The notes below the pieces were generated by a model. The model ran no database searches. It was not told where the DNA came from and saw only the letters and a program-made list of their open reading frames with translations. Positions 40,772-54,996 of a stretch of 64,000 nt of DNA are shown piece by piece. Source of the stretch: Octopus vulgaris (lineage: Eukaryota); the NCBI GenBank assembly GCA_951406725.2, contig OX597826.1:37634001-37698000 (forward strand). The letters run 5' to 3'. The position numbers and the translations under genes are program-made. Position 1 is the first letter of the stretch; each line of letters opens with the position of its first letter.

Positions 40772-42021
40772 TAGGAGTGGCAGTGTGGTAAGTAGTTTGC
40801 TTACCAATCACATGGTTTCGGGTTCAGTCCCACTGCGTGGCACCTTGGGCAAGTGTCTTCTACTATAGCCTCGGGCTGACCAAAGCCTTGTGAGTGGATT
40901 TGGTAGGCAGAAACTGAAAGAAGCCCGTCGTATATAAGTATATATATATGTGTGTGTGAGTGCATATGTTTATGCGTCTGTATTTGTCCCCACCCACCCA
41001 CCCACATTGCGTGACAACCGATGTTGGTGTGTTTACGTCCCCGTAACTTAGCGGTTCGGCAAAAGAGACCGATAGAATAAGTACTAGGCTTACAAAGAAT
41101 ACGTCCTGGGGTCGATTTGCTCGGCTAAAGGCGGTGCTCCAGCATGGCCACTGTCAAATGACTGAAACAAGTAAAATAGTAAAAGATATATATATATAGG
41201 CGCAGGAGTGGCTGTGTGGTAAGTAGCTTGCTAACCAACCACATGGTTCCGGGTTCAGTCCCACTGCATGGCACCTTGGGCAAGTGTCTTTACTATAGCC
41301 TCGGGCCGACCAAAGCCTTGTCAGTGGATTTGGTAGACGGAAACTGAAAGAAGCCCGTCGTATATATGTATATATATATGTTTGTGTGTCCGTGTTTGTC
41401 CCCCTAGCATTGCTTGACAACCGATGCTGGTGTGTTTATGTCCCCGTCACTTAGCGGTTCGGCAAAAGAGACCGATAGAATAAGTACTGGGCTTACAAAG
41501 AATAAGTGCCGGGGTCGAGTTGCTCGATTAAAGGCGGTGCTCCAGCATGGCCGCAGTCAAATGACTGAAACAAGTAAAAGAGTAAAAGAGAGTAAAGAGT
41601 AAGAGTATATAGGTGCAACGTGAGTTTATAAGTTTTCTTTCCATTCACACTGTTCTGCATTCAGCCCCACTGTGTGGCACCTTGGCCAATTGTGTAGCCT
41701 CAACCAAAACCGTAAGAGTGGATTTGGTAGACAGAAACTGAAGGAAGCAAGTGTGTTTCTGTGTGTATCTTGTGTGTTTTAGTGTATTTGTGAGTTTGCA
41801 TTTTTCTGTCTATGCTTGTCCTGAGCTTCCGCTGGACAACCAGCCTTCGTGTGTTTACATCTTCCATAACTTAGCAGTTCCGGAAAAGAAACTGATAAAA
41901 TAATTACCAGGCTTAAATAAAAAATAAGTCCCTTGGTCGATTCGCTTCACTAAAATTCTTCAAGGTGATGCTCCAGCATGGCTGCAGTCTAAAGACTGAA
42001 TCAAGTGGACAGATAAAAGAA
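40769..42021 (+). mobile_element. Three tandem SINE family A copies (40769-41185, 41199-41605, 41610-42021)
   Basis: Three head-body-tail units; the third is much more diverged. Confidence 0.92.
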
Positions 42022-42780
42022 TACCTTATGCAATATAGTTTCGAATCAACCCTAACGATTGATCTCCTGCATCTATAAAACCTAATTTTATTTCCTTCTC
42101 ATTGAAGTGATACAGTCTAAATACTTTAAACAACGAAGCGAAATAACAATTCCCAATGGAGGTTTAGCTTCCGCTGTCTAATCAATTCTCTTCTTTGCCC
42201 AACGGCAAAGAACAGCGATGTCAGGGCTGAGTGCCTCTAATTGTTAATGTTGACAGCGAAAACATTTCCTTTCACAGCACATATCATGCTATCGTGTAAT
42301 TATGGCAGGAAAGTTTGCGGCATTTTACTATGGTACAGCGCCAAATCAGAAAACCTTAGCGAGCAGACAAGTCAGCATCTATCTGCTTGAAATAGAAAGC
42401 ATATTGTTCACTATAATAAAAGTGGAAAGGCACATTAGCTAATGTAGTCCGAGAAACACTGCTCCTAAAAGAATATATATATGTAAAAAAAATGTGGCTG
42501 CAGCTGGAATGGTTAGATCGCGGGTCTGCTTGGTTAAAACTGATGTCGAGTTCAATACTTCTTTCTTTTATCTTCCAGTGACATAAAACCTCGCTGCGTC
42601 AAACCTGGCGCATATGTGTGTTACTGAGTCATTCAATAAACATATGTGTAGCTAGCCGAAACTTCGAAGTCACTACCAAAAATATTCTTGCTTAAGAATA
42701 ATAAACTTGTATTCTACAGACGTATAGAGTAACCCTTCGAATTAATGCAAAAATGTTTTTATTAGAACTGAACATAAGTT

Positions 42781-43205
42781 GGCGTGCTGGCGTTATCGTT
42801 AGCATGCCGGGCAAAATATTTAACGGTATTTCAAGCTGGCAGAAACGTTAGCACGCCGGGCGAAATGCGTAACCGTATTTCGTCTGCCGTTACGTTCTGA
42901 GTTCAAATTCCGCTGAGGTTGACTTTGCCTTTCATCCTTTCGGAGTCGACTAAATAAGTACCAGTTACGCACTCGGGTCGATATAATCGACTTAATCCGT
43001 GTGTCTGTCCTTGTTTGTCCTCTCTGTGTTTAGCCCCTTGTGGCTAGTAAAGAAATAGGTATTTCGTCCGTCTTAATATTCTGAGTTGAAATTCTGTCGA
43101 GGTCGACTTTGCATTCATCCTTTCGGGGTCGATAAAATAGGCCCCAGTTGAACAGTGGAGTCGGTACAATCGGCTTACACTCTACCCCTGCCCAACTTGC
43201 TGCCC
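42781..43205 (+). mobile_element. SINE family B nested in an older family B copy
   Basis: The inner copy (~42833-43057) is flanked by a duplicated GGTATTTC. Confidence 0.85.
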
Positions 43206-43645
43206 TGTGACATTTTAACTTAACACAAAAGCAAATATTGATGTAACTTGATATCGATTTCGCAAACTATATCGACTAAAGTGTAAATAGGTTGATTTTG
43301 TTTTGAGTACAAAATAAACCCGTTCAAATAATTGCCTTTCAATGTCCGATATTAAATACCAGTATTACATCAGTTTTATTCTCATTGTCTTAACAGAAAT
43401 TGTTTTCTTCCCTAGATCAATAACAATAAATATATTGTGAAACGATATATTCAACAAATTCGTTTGATAATGTGTATGACAAAACTTCACAATAAATCTA
43501 ATACCCTGTGTTTCGAATATTTAGAGGAATTTCATTTTTAATTTCTTCTCTTGATTTCTGTCATTTTAAAAAGGGAAAACAATGCATTTTAACGGAATGC
43601 TCTTTTTCAAATGTGAATACATCAGAACTGTAATGAACATTGCGG

Positions 43646-43688
43646 TTCTACCGATGAAGAAACGTTTAGCGAAACGACTCGTCTATAA
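43646..43688 (+). ncRNA. Decayed hammerhead motif
   Basis: ttcta-CCGATGA-agaaacgtttagc-GAAA-cga c tcg-TC-tataa. Confidence 0.55.
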
Positions 43689-43922
43689 ATATGAGAATAT
43701 GAAAAGCCTTCGACATCTTTTCATCCAAAGGGAATTTTAACTCAATAAACCTACGTTCTTATTTGTAGTATTATCTGCTTCGAGATTCACCGTTCCAATT
43801 ATTTTACATGCTCTCCACGTTTTTAAATTCTAATATATATATATATATATATATATACAATATTTCTTCTATTTACATAATATTGAGGTCTCTTTCTTTC
43901 TTTTGTTATCTTACCGTTTTAT

Positions 43923-44009
<87 letters not shown>

Positions 44010-44046
44010 TACATACATATATGTTTACATACATATACACACACAT

Positions 44047-44076
<30 letters not shown>

Positions 44077-44079
<3 letters not shown>

Positions 44080-44460
44080 ATTTACAAGATAAGGGCAGAA
44101 GAAAAATTCTAATGCCAGATACGCCGAAACGAAAAATTGTCGATAACCATTAAATTTATGCGTCTTTTATTTCATTTATATCTCGCGTATGTGCCGCTGA
44201 AGAGGGGAAAATTTCTTGTGAATTAACCCCGAAATTGGACCAATACGGTAATAACGAATTTTTTAGAGATTTCTATCGGTTTGTTTCGAGACGCATAAAT
44301 TTAATGGTTATCGACAACTTTTCGTTTCGGCGTATCTGGCATTAGAATTTTTCTTCTGCCCTTATCTTGTAAATTATGTATAAATTTTACCTTTAAAGGC
44401 ATTTTTTCATATGCTGGCCATTGATAAAATTTTTTCCCGAGAAAAATTTTATCCTATATC

Positions 44461-44465
<5 letters not shown>
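44077..44465 (+). mobile_element. Young Penelope-like element with an 89-bp inverted repeat (44077-44165/44289-44377), flanked by (TA)n
   Basis: The arms differ at one position; an HHR lies in the spacer. Confidence 0.85.
44192..44250 (+). ncRNA. Type I hammerhead ribozyme
   Basis: tgccg-CTGAAGA-gggg...cccc-GAAA-ttgg a ccaa-TA-cggta. AUA triplet; predicted cut after 44245. Confidence 0.92.
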
Positions 44466-44549
<84 letters not shown>

Positions 44550-47500
44550 TATTGCAATGATATCTTCAACTTGGGCAAATTTATTTCCATTATTTACTTT
44601 GCTTTCAAAGCTGATGGAATGTTTGTTTCCGTATTTAGCCTAAATTCTGCTTTAATGTTGTTTTCTGTAATGACTTCCCCTGTAAAACCTTCTTGAAATA
44701 CATTCCTGTTTGCTCTTCGTCTCTAAACATATTTTCCTACCTCTTCATTGAATTTTCCTTGTTCAGATCTGGTTTCATCAATTCCTACTTCTTAATAAGT
44801 ATTTTTTCATGTATATTTGAACCGATGATAATTTGCAGGATTATGATTGAGTTAAATCCTTTGTCTCGGCTTCAGAGGATTTCATTATTCGTATCAGTGT
44901 AATAATCTTCTTTTACGCTTTCCCTTTTTATTATCTCCATCACTATTATCCCCTTCAACATCTCTACCACTGATATTTTCACCAATATCATAATCACCAT
45001 CACTTACATTATAATCAATGATATCTTGAAAAGCATCATTACCATCACCATTTTCATTGTATTCCATGGTCCAAAATTCATTCTATCACTACTATTGACG
45101 ACCATGCTTCGGATGGTTCTGACGGTTTCCAATTTCTCCGAACGTACAATGATAAATGTGACGGCATTTGTTCACATATAAATAACAGCAGTTGAGGAAG
45201 AGTTGATACCCGCAGTCATATTTTGTATCATATTTTACTCCAAAAGAGAATAGTACCAAACCGATAATTCCAGCTGATTCGGATGTATTTATTATTTCTT
45301 TTATTGTGGAATATTCTGCCGTACATTATGGCTATTTATACTTACTTTAATATTCTCCTTTCGCCATAATCCTCCTTTCATCTTTGTCTTCTGAAATTTG
45401 GTTCACCCTGAATTTCCTGAATAGCATTGAGAATATTAGTTTCTATCATATTTTGTAATTTGATGAAGGCATTAATTAATACATCTCGTAGTACAAGACA
45501 ATATGAAATGTCCACAGCAGCAAACATTAGCTGTCCTATCTGAGAATCAAAATGAGGACACAAACGAAATTAATTTTGATCAGTGATTGCGGACGAAGCT
45601 ATGCCCTGTATATTAGGAAATACAGTCAAAGAGATTTACATAATAAATGATGGTCTTTAAGAAATACACCTACAACACCATGTATAGCATAGCTTATGGA
45701 TAAGCATTTACCTAAAACTAAAAACATATGAAGAAGTAAAACGTATTGTCCGCACGCTGGACAAAAGTGGTTCACCACCGTTGGTCCAGAACGTATGTAT
45801 AGCTTAGAATATATATTGGAAAATAAGAAGATCGCTTTTATACTGGATTCTTTTATATATCTTCTTTTGTTTAATGAGATAAATTGTGAATTTAATTGTT
45901 TGAACATTCGTGATCAAGCTACTCTTTCTGCTTATTTCGTTCTATAAACACCTGTTTTTCTGTTGATGTCTTGTTCAATCATTTCCGGTCACTTCTATGT
46001 TAACTTCCTTTTCACTTGATGCTGGAATGAATAAGCTCGCAGATTCTGCTAAAGCCACTATCTGTATAGGATCAAACAAATTGCTACAAGAAATGGAAAC
46101 TGTATAGCAGACACAGTACATCATTGGCTTAGCTCTAGCTTTAAACCAATCGTCATTTTATATTAGGATCAACGGTTTGCTGTTTTACTAACATATATTT
46201 ATCAGTGAGCATACATTCTTGTAGGCATCATTTTAGATGGCAATTGGTGACATGCATGCTTTTCCATTAAAAGCGATTAGGGTTAATACTGAAGTAAAAG
46301 TCGAAGTTACAGACATCTATTGCCAACAAAAACCTTCCTAGTCTAACTTGCTCATAACATCAACGTTTTTACAATTATTTAACCTAATGGACTCCAGCTC
46401 AGGATTAGATAACACGCATGACTATCTATCTTCAGCTAGAAAGTGAAAAAAAGGCAAATTTAGATCTCTCAAACCAATGATTTCCAGAGTGGGTGTGCCT
46501 GATGGTACTCTGCTTCACTAAATATCAAAATTGTGACTTTGTTACTAAATGTGTGTATTTTTATTTAAATATATAATTCTCATTAAATTTTCAAAAGATT
46601 TAACGATCTAGGAAAGGGAGCTGCTATAAATTAATTAATGAAATTTAACTATTCATGTATAATTAATTAATTTCTTTATTAATAACACTCTGTTAAAATA
46701 ATGAAATCTAAATGATATTAATTCAGGAAATGAAGGGAAATGCATGTTAAAATAGAATAGATGGCTTTTTTTTGTTTTATTTTCGAAATGAAATTACAAC
46801 ATTTAACTCTCTGGCGTGTTCAGCCATTCTTAAAATGAATTTCTTTCAATGAGGCACAATACCAATTTATCCGAGGTGATTCCAGTATATTTAAAGAGAA
46901 AACACAAAGTCATTGACAAGAATTGAAAAAGTTGTAAAGGAAGAATATTTGGAGGTGCAGTTAAGAAAGAATACAGGGCTGTGAATTAATGCTAAGCTAC
47001 CTAAGATAGTGCTTCTCTCTCATAGTGCCACCAGTATTTGTCTCCATGAGATAATGTCATCAGATAGTGCCAACCACCTAACTTGACACTATGTGGTAGA
47101 AATAGCAACCAAATCTCCCTTGAAACACACTATTCTAATCAAAAACAAAATACACATTGGATAAGGTATTCCCCGACAAGAAGAAAATCGAAGTGATGTA
47201 CCGAAATCGTTGTAATTGGCTGTTCTGTCCTCTCAAACATTCTGGGTTTTTGCCTATTTGATAGAATATTCCCAATTACCGTGAGTAGCTGATACAGTTA
47301 GGATTAACAATTTCATTTATAAACATGCAGACATCGCTGTAGAACTAAGAAGTTCTCTTCGTAAATACATGCTTTCGGCTTCTTCCCCACTGTGCGACAC
47401 GTAAAATAAGTTTTTCTTCTATAGCTCCGGGTTGACGATATTCTTAACTTTGAGTAACTCTGTAGGAGTCCATTCAATTTGAAACACTTAGTGTCAAATT

Positions 47501-47559
47501 CCTCCCCACCTGCCTCAGATTTCTTTTAAAATGTCAAATGTGGTCCTTTCGGACTAAAA

Positions 47560-47763
47560 TATTGATTTCAAATTTTGGCACAAGGCCAGCAATTTCGGGA
47601 GAGAGGATAAGTCGAGTACATCAACCCCAGTACTCAACTGATACATATTCTGTCGACTCAACTGATACATATTCTGCGGAACTTGAACTCGGAACATGAA
47701 GACGTACGAAGTTCTGCTAAGCATTTTGCCCGGCATGCTAACGATTGCACCAGTTCACCGCTT
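47560..47763 (-). mobile_element. SINE family B
   Basis: Head ggcggtgaactgg...gttagcatgccgggcaaaatgc and tail ccttgtgccaaaatttgaaa on the reverse strand. Confidence 0.8.
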
Positions 47764-48680
47764 ATCTCTGACTAATAGACTAAAAGCAAAATTTATTCTG
47801 ACCCCGTTTCGGTAAATATACCTGCCTTGTTTTTGTTTAACCAGAGGTCAGCTTCATGGCTTATGAGCAAAGTCCTTCCAGATCTGACCATCACATCTGT
47901 ATATCTGCAACTACATCCTCCATGATATTCATCTTTTCTTAAAGCGTTAAAGCCAGGGTTGCTTTTCTTTCTTGAAGACCAAGAGATAGAGTAGACGATT
48001 CCCCGCTGGCTTGTGCAAGACATACTTTTGATTTTAAGTGTAACTCGAAGAAATTCCATGAGAACAATTTAATAAAAGAAAGAAGAAAAGAAGTAGATGA
48101 TGAAGGGTGTTAATTTAGATCTTAATTTGGTAGAAATCCAAATCCAACGGCAATCTAGAAAAAAATCATAAATTAAAATTATATCAGATCAGACACTAAT
48201 TAACTGAACAATACTTCATAACAAAGCTATCTCCTATTATAAGATTCAGTAAAGGACGGAGAATATAATTTTATAACCTTGAGAGACTGCTGTGCTAGCC
48301 ACAGAAAGGTTATATATTAGTTTCATGTGACATGGCGGTCGATGTGTCAGAGGTTGAAGTAATTAATTTATGTTAGCTAGCTACCAGTAATTCTCTTTTT
48401 ACTACCTATGCAGTAGGTGGCAGAGCGTTAAACATCAGAAGCTCAAGATAATCAATTAAATTCAATGCTGATATTCTTTGTGCTCGCAGACTTTCAGGAG
48501 ACATTGAAAGTATCCAAATGGTAAGATTAATGGAGGAGATGAGGTCAATCATTCATCTCCAAGAGTTCAATTTGCAGTGACTCTTACTTGGAAGCGTAAT
48601 TATCAAAAGCTGGTCTGACATCTGAATATATATTCCATCCGTTAGGTGACACATATGTGCATTCAGATAACACACACTTC

Positions 48681-48712
<32 letters not shown>

Positions 48713-48821
48713 CACACACATACACACACACACACACACATTCACTTTCATACCGTCATACGTGCGCACCTATAAATAACAGACAGGTAGAGAGAGAGAG
48801 AAAGAGAGATAGATACATACA

Positions 48822-48852
<31 letters not shown>

Positions 48853-48866
48853 GGTCTCTTTGACGA

Positions 48867-48906
<40 letters not shown>

Positions 48907-48952
48907 TAGATAGATAGATAGATAGATATATATAAATATATATATATGCATA

Positions 48953-49317
48953 CATATGGTGCTTGTCTACTCCTACAGAGTTTGACCACCTCCTGTACTT
49001 ACACCTTAGCACCATCATGATGTCTGATGTAGCTTTTTGAACCAGACACCCACAATAGATTGCATCTCTGATTTGGACCACCAATACCTGCAGATAAGTT
49101 CTGCCCTTTGTGGATCTTCACATATCTTTTGAGGCCTCCATTGGATTTGCAAAGCTTCTGGCATACACTGCATTAAAACATTCAAAGGTGTGCACAGACA
49201 TATAATCAGAATAGTTGGTGGAGGTTCGTTTTCCATGCATTCGCAGATAAGATTTGGGCCCAGCCAAAGACAGGCATGGTCTGTCAGAGATTGAGCACAC
49301 AAAAAGGTCATTGTCAT
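48953..49317 (-). mobile_element. Decayed tandem C2H2 zinc-finger coding fragment, probably an RTE-like LINE 3' end
   Basis: FVCSISDRPCLSLAGPKSYLRMHG and (frameshifted) ...[15 protein letters not shown]. Ends at (TA)-type repeats. Confidence 0.5.
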
Positions 49318-49334
49318 ATACATATGTACATACA

Positions 49335-49377
<43 letters not shown>

Positions 49378-49379
<2 letters not shown>

Positions 49380-49590
49380 TCTTTTATTTCTCTTTTACTT
49401 GTTTCAGTCATTTGACTGCGGCCATGCTGGAGCACCGCCTTTAGTCAAGCAAATCGACCCCGGGACTTGTTCTTTGTAAGCCCAGTACTTATTCTATCGG
49501 TCTCTTTTGCCGAACCGCTAAGTGACGGGGACGTAAACACACCAGCATCGGTTGTCAAGCAATGCTAGGGGGACAAACACAGACACACAA

Positions 49591-49637
<47 letters not shown>

Positions 49638-49793
49638 TACGACAGGCTTCTTTCAGTTTCCGTCCACCAAATCCACTCACAAGGCATTGGTCGGCCCGGG
49701 GCTATAGCAAAAGACACTTGCCCAAGATGCCACGCAGTGGGATTGAACCCGGAACCATGTTGTTGGTTAGCAAGCTACTTACCACACAGCCAC
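49378..49793 (-). mobile_element. SINE family A, young copy
   Basis: Close reverse complement of 11763-12228. Confidence 0.92.
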
Positions 49794-49937
49794 GTCGAAT
49801 AGTGTGTTGAAGTATTGAATAGAACACTGTTACAGTTTGGGCTGCCTGGTGTCATCCGCAGTTGGGGTATGTTTCCGTTGGATCTACTTCAGGAATTCCG
49901 CAGTGTTAGTTGAGATAATAGTAATAATTTCTTAAGC

Positions 49938-50242
49938 AACCAGAAGATGGATTTAGTATTAATCTTTATTTTGTACAACGGTCATTTCGACCTATCCAGC
50001 TATTTTCCCTTATGGGCGGGACTCAGTTCAACATATGTTGCATCCATTTTGCAGTCTGGCTCTCGTCAGATACATCTATACTTAAAGTTGTGACTAGCTA
50101 AAAATCCAGAGTTTTGGCTATCATGTTATATACCCGTCTGGTTAGAGAATGGGGCATATAACAACATAAGGGACAGTAAGCAGGATGGGTCGAAATGACC
50201 GTTGTACGAAGTAAAGATTAATACCAAATCCATCTTCTCGTT
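49938..50242. mobile_element. Penelope-like element with ~77-bp inverted repeat (49938-50014/50165-50242)
   Basis: Reverse-complement arms; an HHR spans the left arm and spacer. Confidence 0.78.
49972..50074 (-). ncRNA. Type I hammerhead with long, partly paired stem II
   Basis: tgtat-CTGACGA-gagccag...ctggataggtc-GAAA-tgaccg-TT-gtaca. Confidence 0.7.
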
Positions 50243-50981
50243 ACATATATATGCACATATACATACATACATTCATACATATATGCATATATAAATGTAT
50301 ACAGATCTTCTATAGATATGCATATATAGAGATATAAAATATATAAAGAGATATAAAAAGGACCACCAATTCAAAGGACCCTAGTATTCCGCTGGTACTT
50401 TTATTAACCATTTATTGAAAGTCAACGCTGATGGATTTCCAAACGAATTTTAAAGAAATTTAACCAAATACTGTCATAGAAACCGATGCAAATATATTTA
50501 AACACAGCGTTTTTGGACAAGCACCAAACCACGTCTTTTTTACTGAGGGGGAACGAGTGTGAACCACTAAATCACACCAGGTTCTCTATCTTTTTCCTTC
50601 AAATAAAATTAATCAATATTTTTATTCTCGGAAACCCAAGTTTTATTTCAACACATATTGATTACGTATACCATTTAGGACTGGCTTTGAACATTGCTTG
50701 GGTACATTTGTTTGAGTTGCACGTGATTTATCCATGTTCAGAGGAAATATTGGTTTTACTGATAAAGAACAAAGGAAAAGCCGACTTCTATGTTTCGGCA
50801 GCGTGTTGACTTCTATAGTTTTATTAATGCCTTGCACGGAACTCTGAGCCCTTGATTCTGTTATGTAGCTCGACATCTAATAAATTAATAAATCCCTGTG
50901 TGTTTATATATACATAAGTGCAGAGGGGGAGAGTAAAATAGATAGACATAGTTATGAATATGTACATAAGTATATATACTT

Positions 50982-51073
<92 letters not shown>

Positions 51074-51443
51074 GCATGTTTATGTCTCCTATACAAACAC
51101 GGGGGAGGATGTATACATATCGGCGCGGGCGTGGCCAGATGGTAAGAAGTTCCTTCACCAAATATATGTAAAAATCCCTGGGAAATGTTGTTTAGAACAT
51201 TTCTAAAATAGCCCAACATTTAATGCTTTGACCGGGATCAAAATACAGGTCTCTTGACATGTTCAACAAATCGAGATGCCTAAACCAAACATCAATCACC
51301 GTAAGTAATTTAGTAAAATCACACTTTGATTGGTCAGAATGCAGTTTGCAAAAATTAACATTATCTTGCCAATACAAATGTATATAAGGCACATAGTTTA
51401 GCCATCTCACTAGAGTTGTAAATGGTATAACATAACTACTATA

Positions 51444-51488
51444 TGAAACTGAAGATTGCATAGTTTAATGCATGAAAGTACTAGTTCA
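51444..51488 (+). ncRNA. Minimal type I hammerhead ribozyme
   Basis: tgaaa-CTGAAGA-t tgcat...atgca t-GAAA-gtac-TA-gttca. Stem III is the palindrome AGTACT. Confidence 0.72.
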
Positions 51489-51610
51489 ATCAGAATGGAC
51501 ATTTAATATTCTACCATTTCATTATACAATATTATCTTATATTATATTATTATAAGATTGTAAATAAAATGTGAAAATCATAGCTAGAATTTCTTTGAGT
51601 AACATATACA

Positions 51611-51653
<43 letters not shown>

Positions 51654-51696
51654 CAAATGAAAGATAGAAGATGGAATATTCGAGAATTTATTATTA

Positions 51697-51802
51697 ATCG
51701 CAACAATTGTTTCGACACATAAACCTTCGATTCCTCCTGGGTTGGACACTCAACAACAGGTTCAGGAGCATCCGGTGATGCAGATGTTTCCCGTCGGGTG
51801 AT
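51697..51802 (-). ncRNA. Decayed hammerhead with long stem II
   Basis: atcac-CCGACGG-gaaacat...atgtgtc-GAAA-caattg-TT-gcgat. The same 3' half occurs at 61966-61995 (+). Confidence 0.55.
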
Positions 51803-52923
51803 AAATAAATACAACTCGTTAAAATAACTCTTCCTCACTATAACTTGCCGTTTTGTAGAGAGAAAAGCATCCAGTCGGATGAAATATCTTCATTTATATA
51901 GAAGATAAAGAATAAAATCACAGATAACAAAAAGAGAAACGAAGACGTAATTCAGCGAAAAAAGTATTTAAAATAACCGTTAACAGATATGGATGGATAA
52001 ACGTCCTCGGGTAAGCTGCATAGTGCGAGTACACTCGCTCATACAAGCATCCGCAAAAATGTGAGCATACGCGTGCGTGAGGTTTGCTGCACTCATGATC
52101 ACAAAGCGTGTTAATATCAACTTGGTGTCTATAAGAATGGAGAGGTTAAAAGTAAACTTAAGTCATCCATACCCTAAATTAAATTAAACTAAGTTAGCGG
52201 TTACTCAAAAATTCATTCTCACTGCATTGTGCGAAAGTGAATTTATATGCGTATTGGCATCTCGAGATCCGTTCAGAAATTCTATTAATTATCTTCTCGT
52301 TATTCTACAGAATAAGCATGGATTCCTCGGAGCAGAGACGGCATCTCCTGGAAATTATATTGTATGGTTTCACATACCTTACTATGAACCAATTAATGCT
52401 GTACTTCGTTTTATCCTCCTTCAGTCGCCATACAAAATCTGCCAAAGATGTTGAATGCCTCTTATCGATTGTCTTAAAGCTGGCAATTTGGTTACGATAG
52501 CGATTCTTAAATGAATCAGCCGTCTGCCCAAATTAAATATATGGCCCTCCCCTTGTGTGCACGGTACATTTATATACAAGATTTGTACTCATACAGAGAT
52601 TCATCAAAGGACATTTTGATTTTTCTCTGCATGAGCACTTACGTATTTATTTGTATATAAGGTAGTCCTGACTCCACTTACCGGCGTTGTTACCGTGCTA
52701 GCTATATCATAAGTATTTCTACTACTACAAATTGGTCGTAGTTGGTGTTTATCAATTCGGTTTACATCTTCTTAGTAGTATATATTTGTATTTATACATA
52801 CATAAGAGAGTGTGCCAGCATAGCCACAGTAGAATGACTGAAACAAGTAAAAGATTTAAAAAATTAAAGATATGTATGTGTGGTTGGTTGGTTGGTTGGA
52901 TGGATGGATAGCGGCATGGATGC

Positions 52924-52963
<40 letters not shown>

Positions 52964-52965
52964 TA

Positions 52966-53128
52966 TGACGGGTTTCTTTCAGTTTCCGTCCAACAAATCC
53001 ACTCACAAGCCTTTGGTCGGCCCGGGGATATAGTAGAAATACTTGCCCAAGGTGCCACGCAATGGGACTGAATCCGGAACCATGTAGTTGGTAAGCAAGC
53101 TACTTACCGCAGAGCCATGCCTGTGCCT
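52966..53128 (-). mobile_element. SINE family A 5' half
   Basis: Head and body on the reverse strand. Confidence 0.85.
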
Positions 53129-54627
53129 ATATATATATTTATATATACTTTACATAAATGCATACATAGATATATACAAGTGTATGTGTGTGTGTGTGCA
53201 TGCATGTATGTGTGTGCGCGCGCTCTCCAGTATGTAAATACATGGCATTTAAATAAAATAAAAGTCTATATAAAACGTTTGAAATCTTTTTAGTTCCGAT
53301 ACGATATAAAAATAGGACATTTGTATTAAAGAATAAATTCCTTGAAATATTTTAGCAAGTGTCACTTATTATTTATTAATCATTCGTTTTGTTCTGCTTG
53401 TTTTTTTCTGTGCTTTTTATTCTTTACATCATTCTCTTGGTAATATAGTTTTTCTTTTGAATATTTACCACCAAATTGCCGTAACAAAACGGCCTTAAAT
53501 AACTCAAATTATCTTTAACTGATTAGTATGCAAGCCATATATTTTGGCATTTTCTGCGAGGCAGTTTGTAATTTCCACTGGGAAAAAATCGTAAATAGAT
53601 CGTGACCGTTGATGTAATTCAGAAATGAGAGAATTGTCAAAAATACACATCAGAGTTTCTCTCCCAAAGGATCGCTATACTTATGCTATAATTTGAAAAT
53701 AGTTAAGTGTTTGTTGCTTTTGTTATTATCCCTTTTTATATTATTGTTGTTTTTCAGTCACAATTTCGCCATATTTGTTCTGAAGAGGTAGAGATGCTTG
53801 ATACACGGTTTACATGAATATAAAACAGAAACAGAAATGGAAAAATAAAAATAAAACAAAAACAGTATGAGATCAAAAAAACCCGGCTCCGATAAGAGAA
53901 TGTACGTAAAAACAAAGCAAGAATTTATTGGCAATATTTTTTGTTATCATTAGAATTCTTTGCTATTGCAATGCTGTTTTCATATATCTGAAAATACCGT
54001 CTAATGACTGGCAACAATCTTCTGATGGCGGAGACGGGGATGGTAGTGTAGGATTGGAAGGAAAAGGGTAAAAATAAAAGACAATCAGCATTTTCGCTGC
54101 AATATACTGAATGAAATCTGGTGAGAATTCGGGAAGCAATCTCTTAATGGAATTCTTTTACATGGGAGAATTAACCTTTTTGCCACAAGGGAAAACAACG
54201 CATGACTTGCACTTCTCATAAATCACTTGTCAAAATATCTCAAACATTATCTCCCTTACTTCGCTCTCTTTACTCTCGATACACTCTCTCGCTCTCCTTT
54301 TCTCTTTTTCTCTCTCTCTGTGTATCCCTCCAACTCCCTTTCTTATAACTCCTCTCTTTGTTCATTTCCTATTTTCGTCTCCCCTACACTCTTTCTTTCA
54401 ACTGTGTTCTAGTAATTTTTTTCAAGTCTTATTTTTATGTCTGTTTTGCGTCTCTTAATAACTACCTCCCACCTTACTCTTTCTCAATCTATGTCATTCT
54501 CACGTATTATATTTTACCCTCTCATTCTCCCGCCATTGTTCCTGATATTATATCTAGGTTTCGTACCTTTCTCTCACATTTTCTTTCTCATTCCTTCCTT
54601 CTCTCCCTCTCTTTCTCTCCCTCTTTC

Positions 54628-54679
<52 letters not shown>

Positions 54680-54945
54680 ACTATATATATATCTCACATT
54701 TTCTCTCTCTCGTACTCTGTCTCTCTCCCTCTCCATCTTCTCTTTCACTTTAACTCTCGCCATCTATCTCTAACAATAGCAAACTTGTATACGCACATAC
54801 ATACAATGAAAGACTGTTTCATAGATAGACATATACACACACACACACCTATATATATATATATATAAAATACATATACATGCTTACATAAATACATGTG
54901 TATATACATGTACATGAATACACACACACACATACACACACACAC

Positions 54946-54996
<51 letters not shown>

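Noticed and set aside
51584-51838. Protein-like ORF TRRETSASPDAPEPVVECPTQEESK as an exon
   Set aside because: It coincides with a decayed hammerhead element whose 3' half recurs at 61966.
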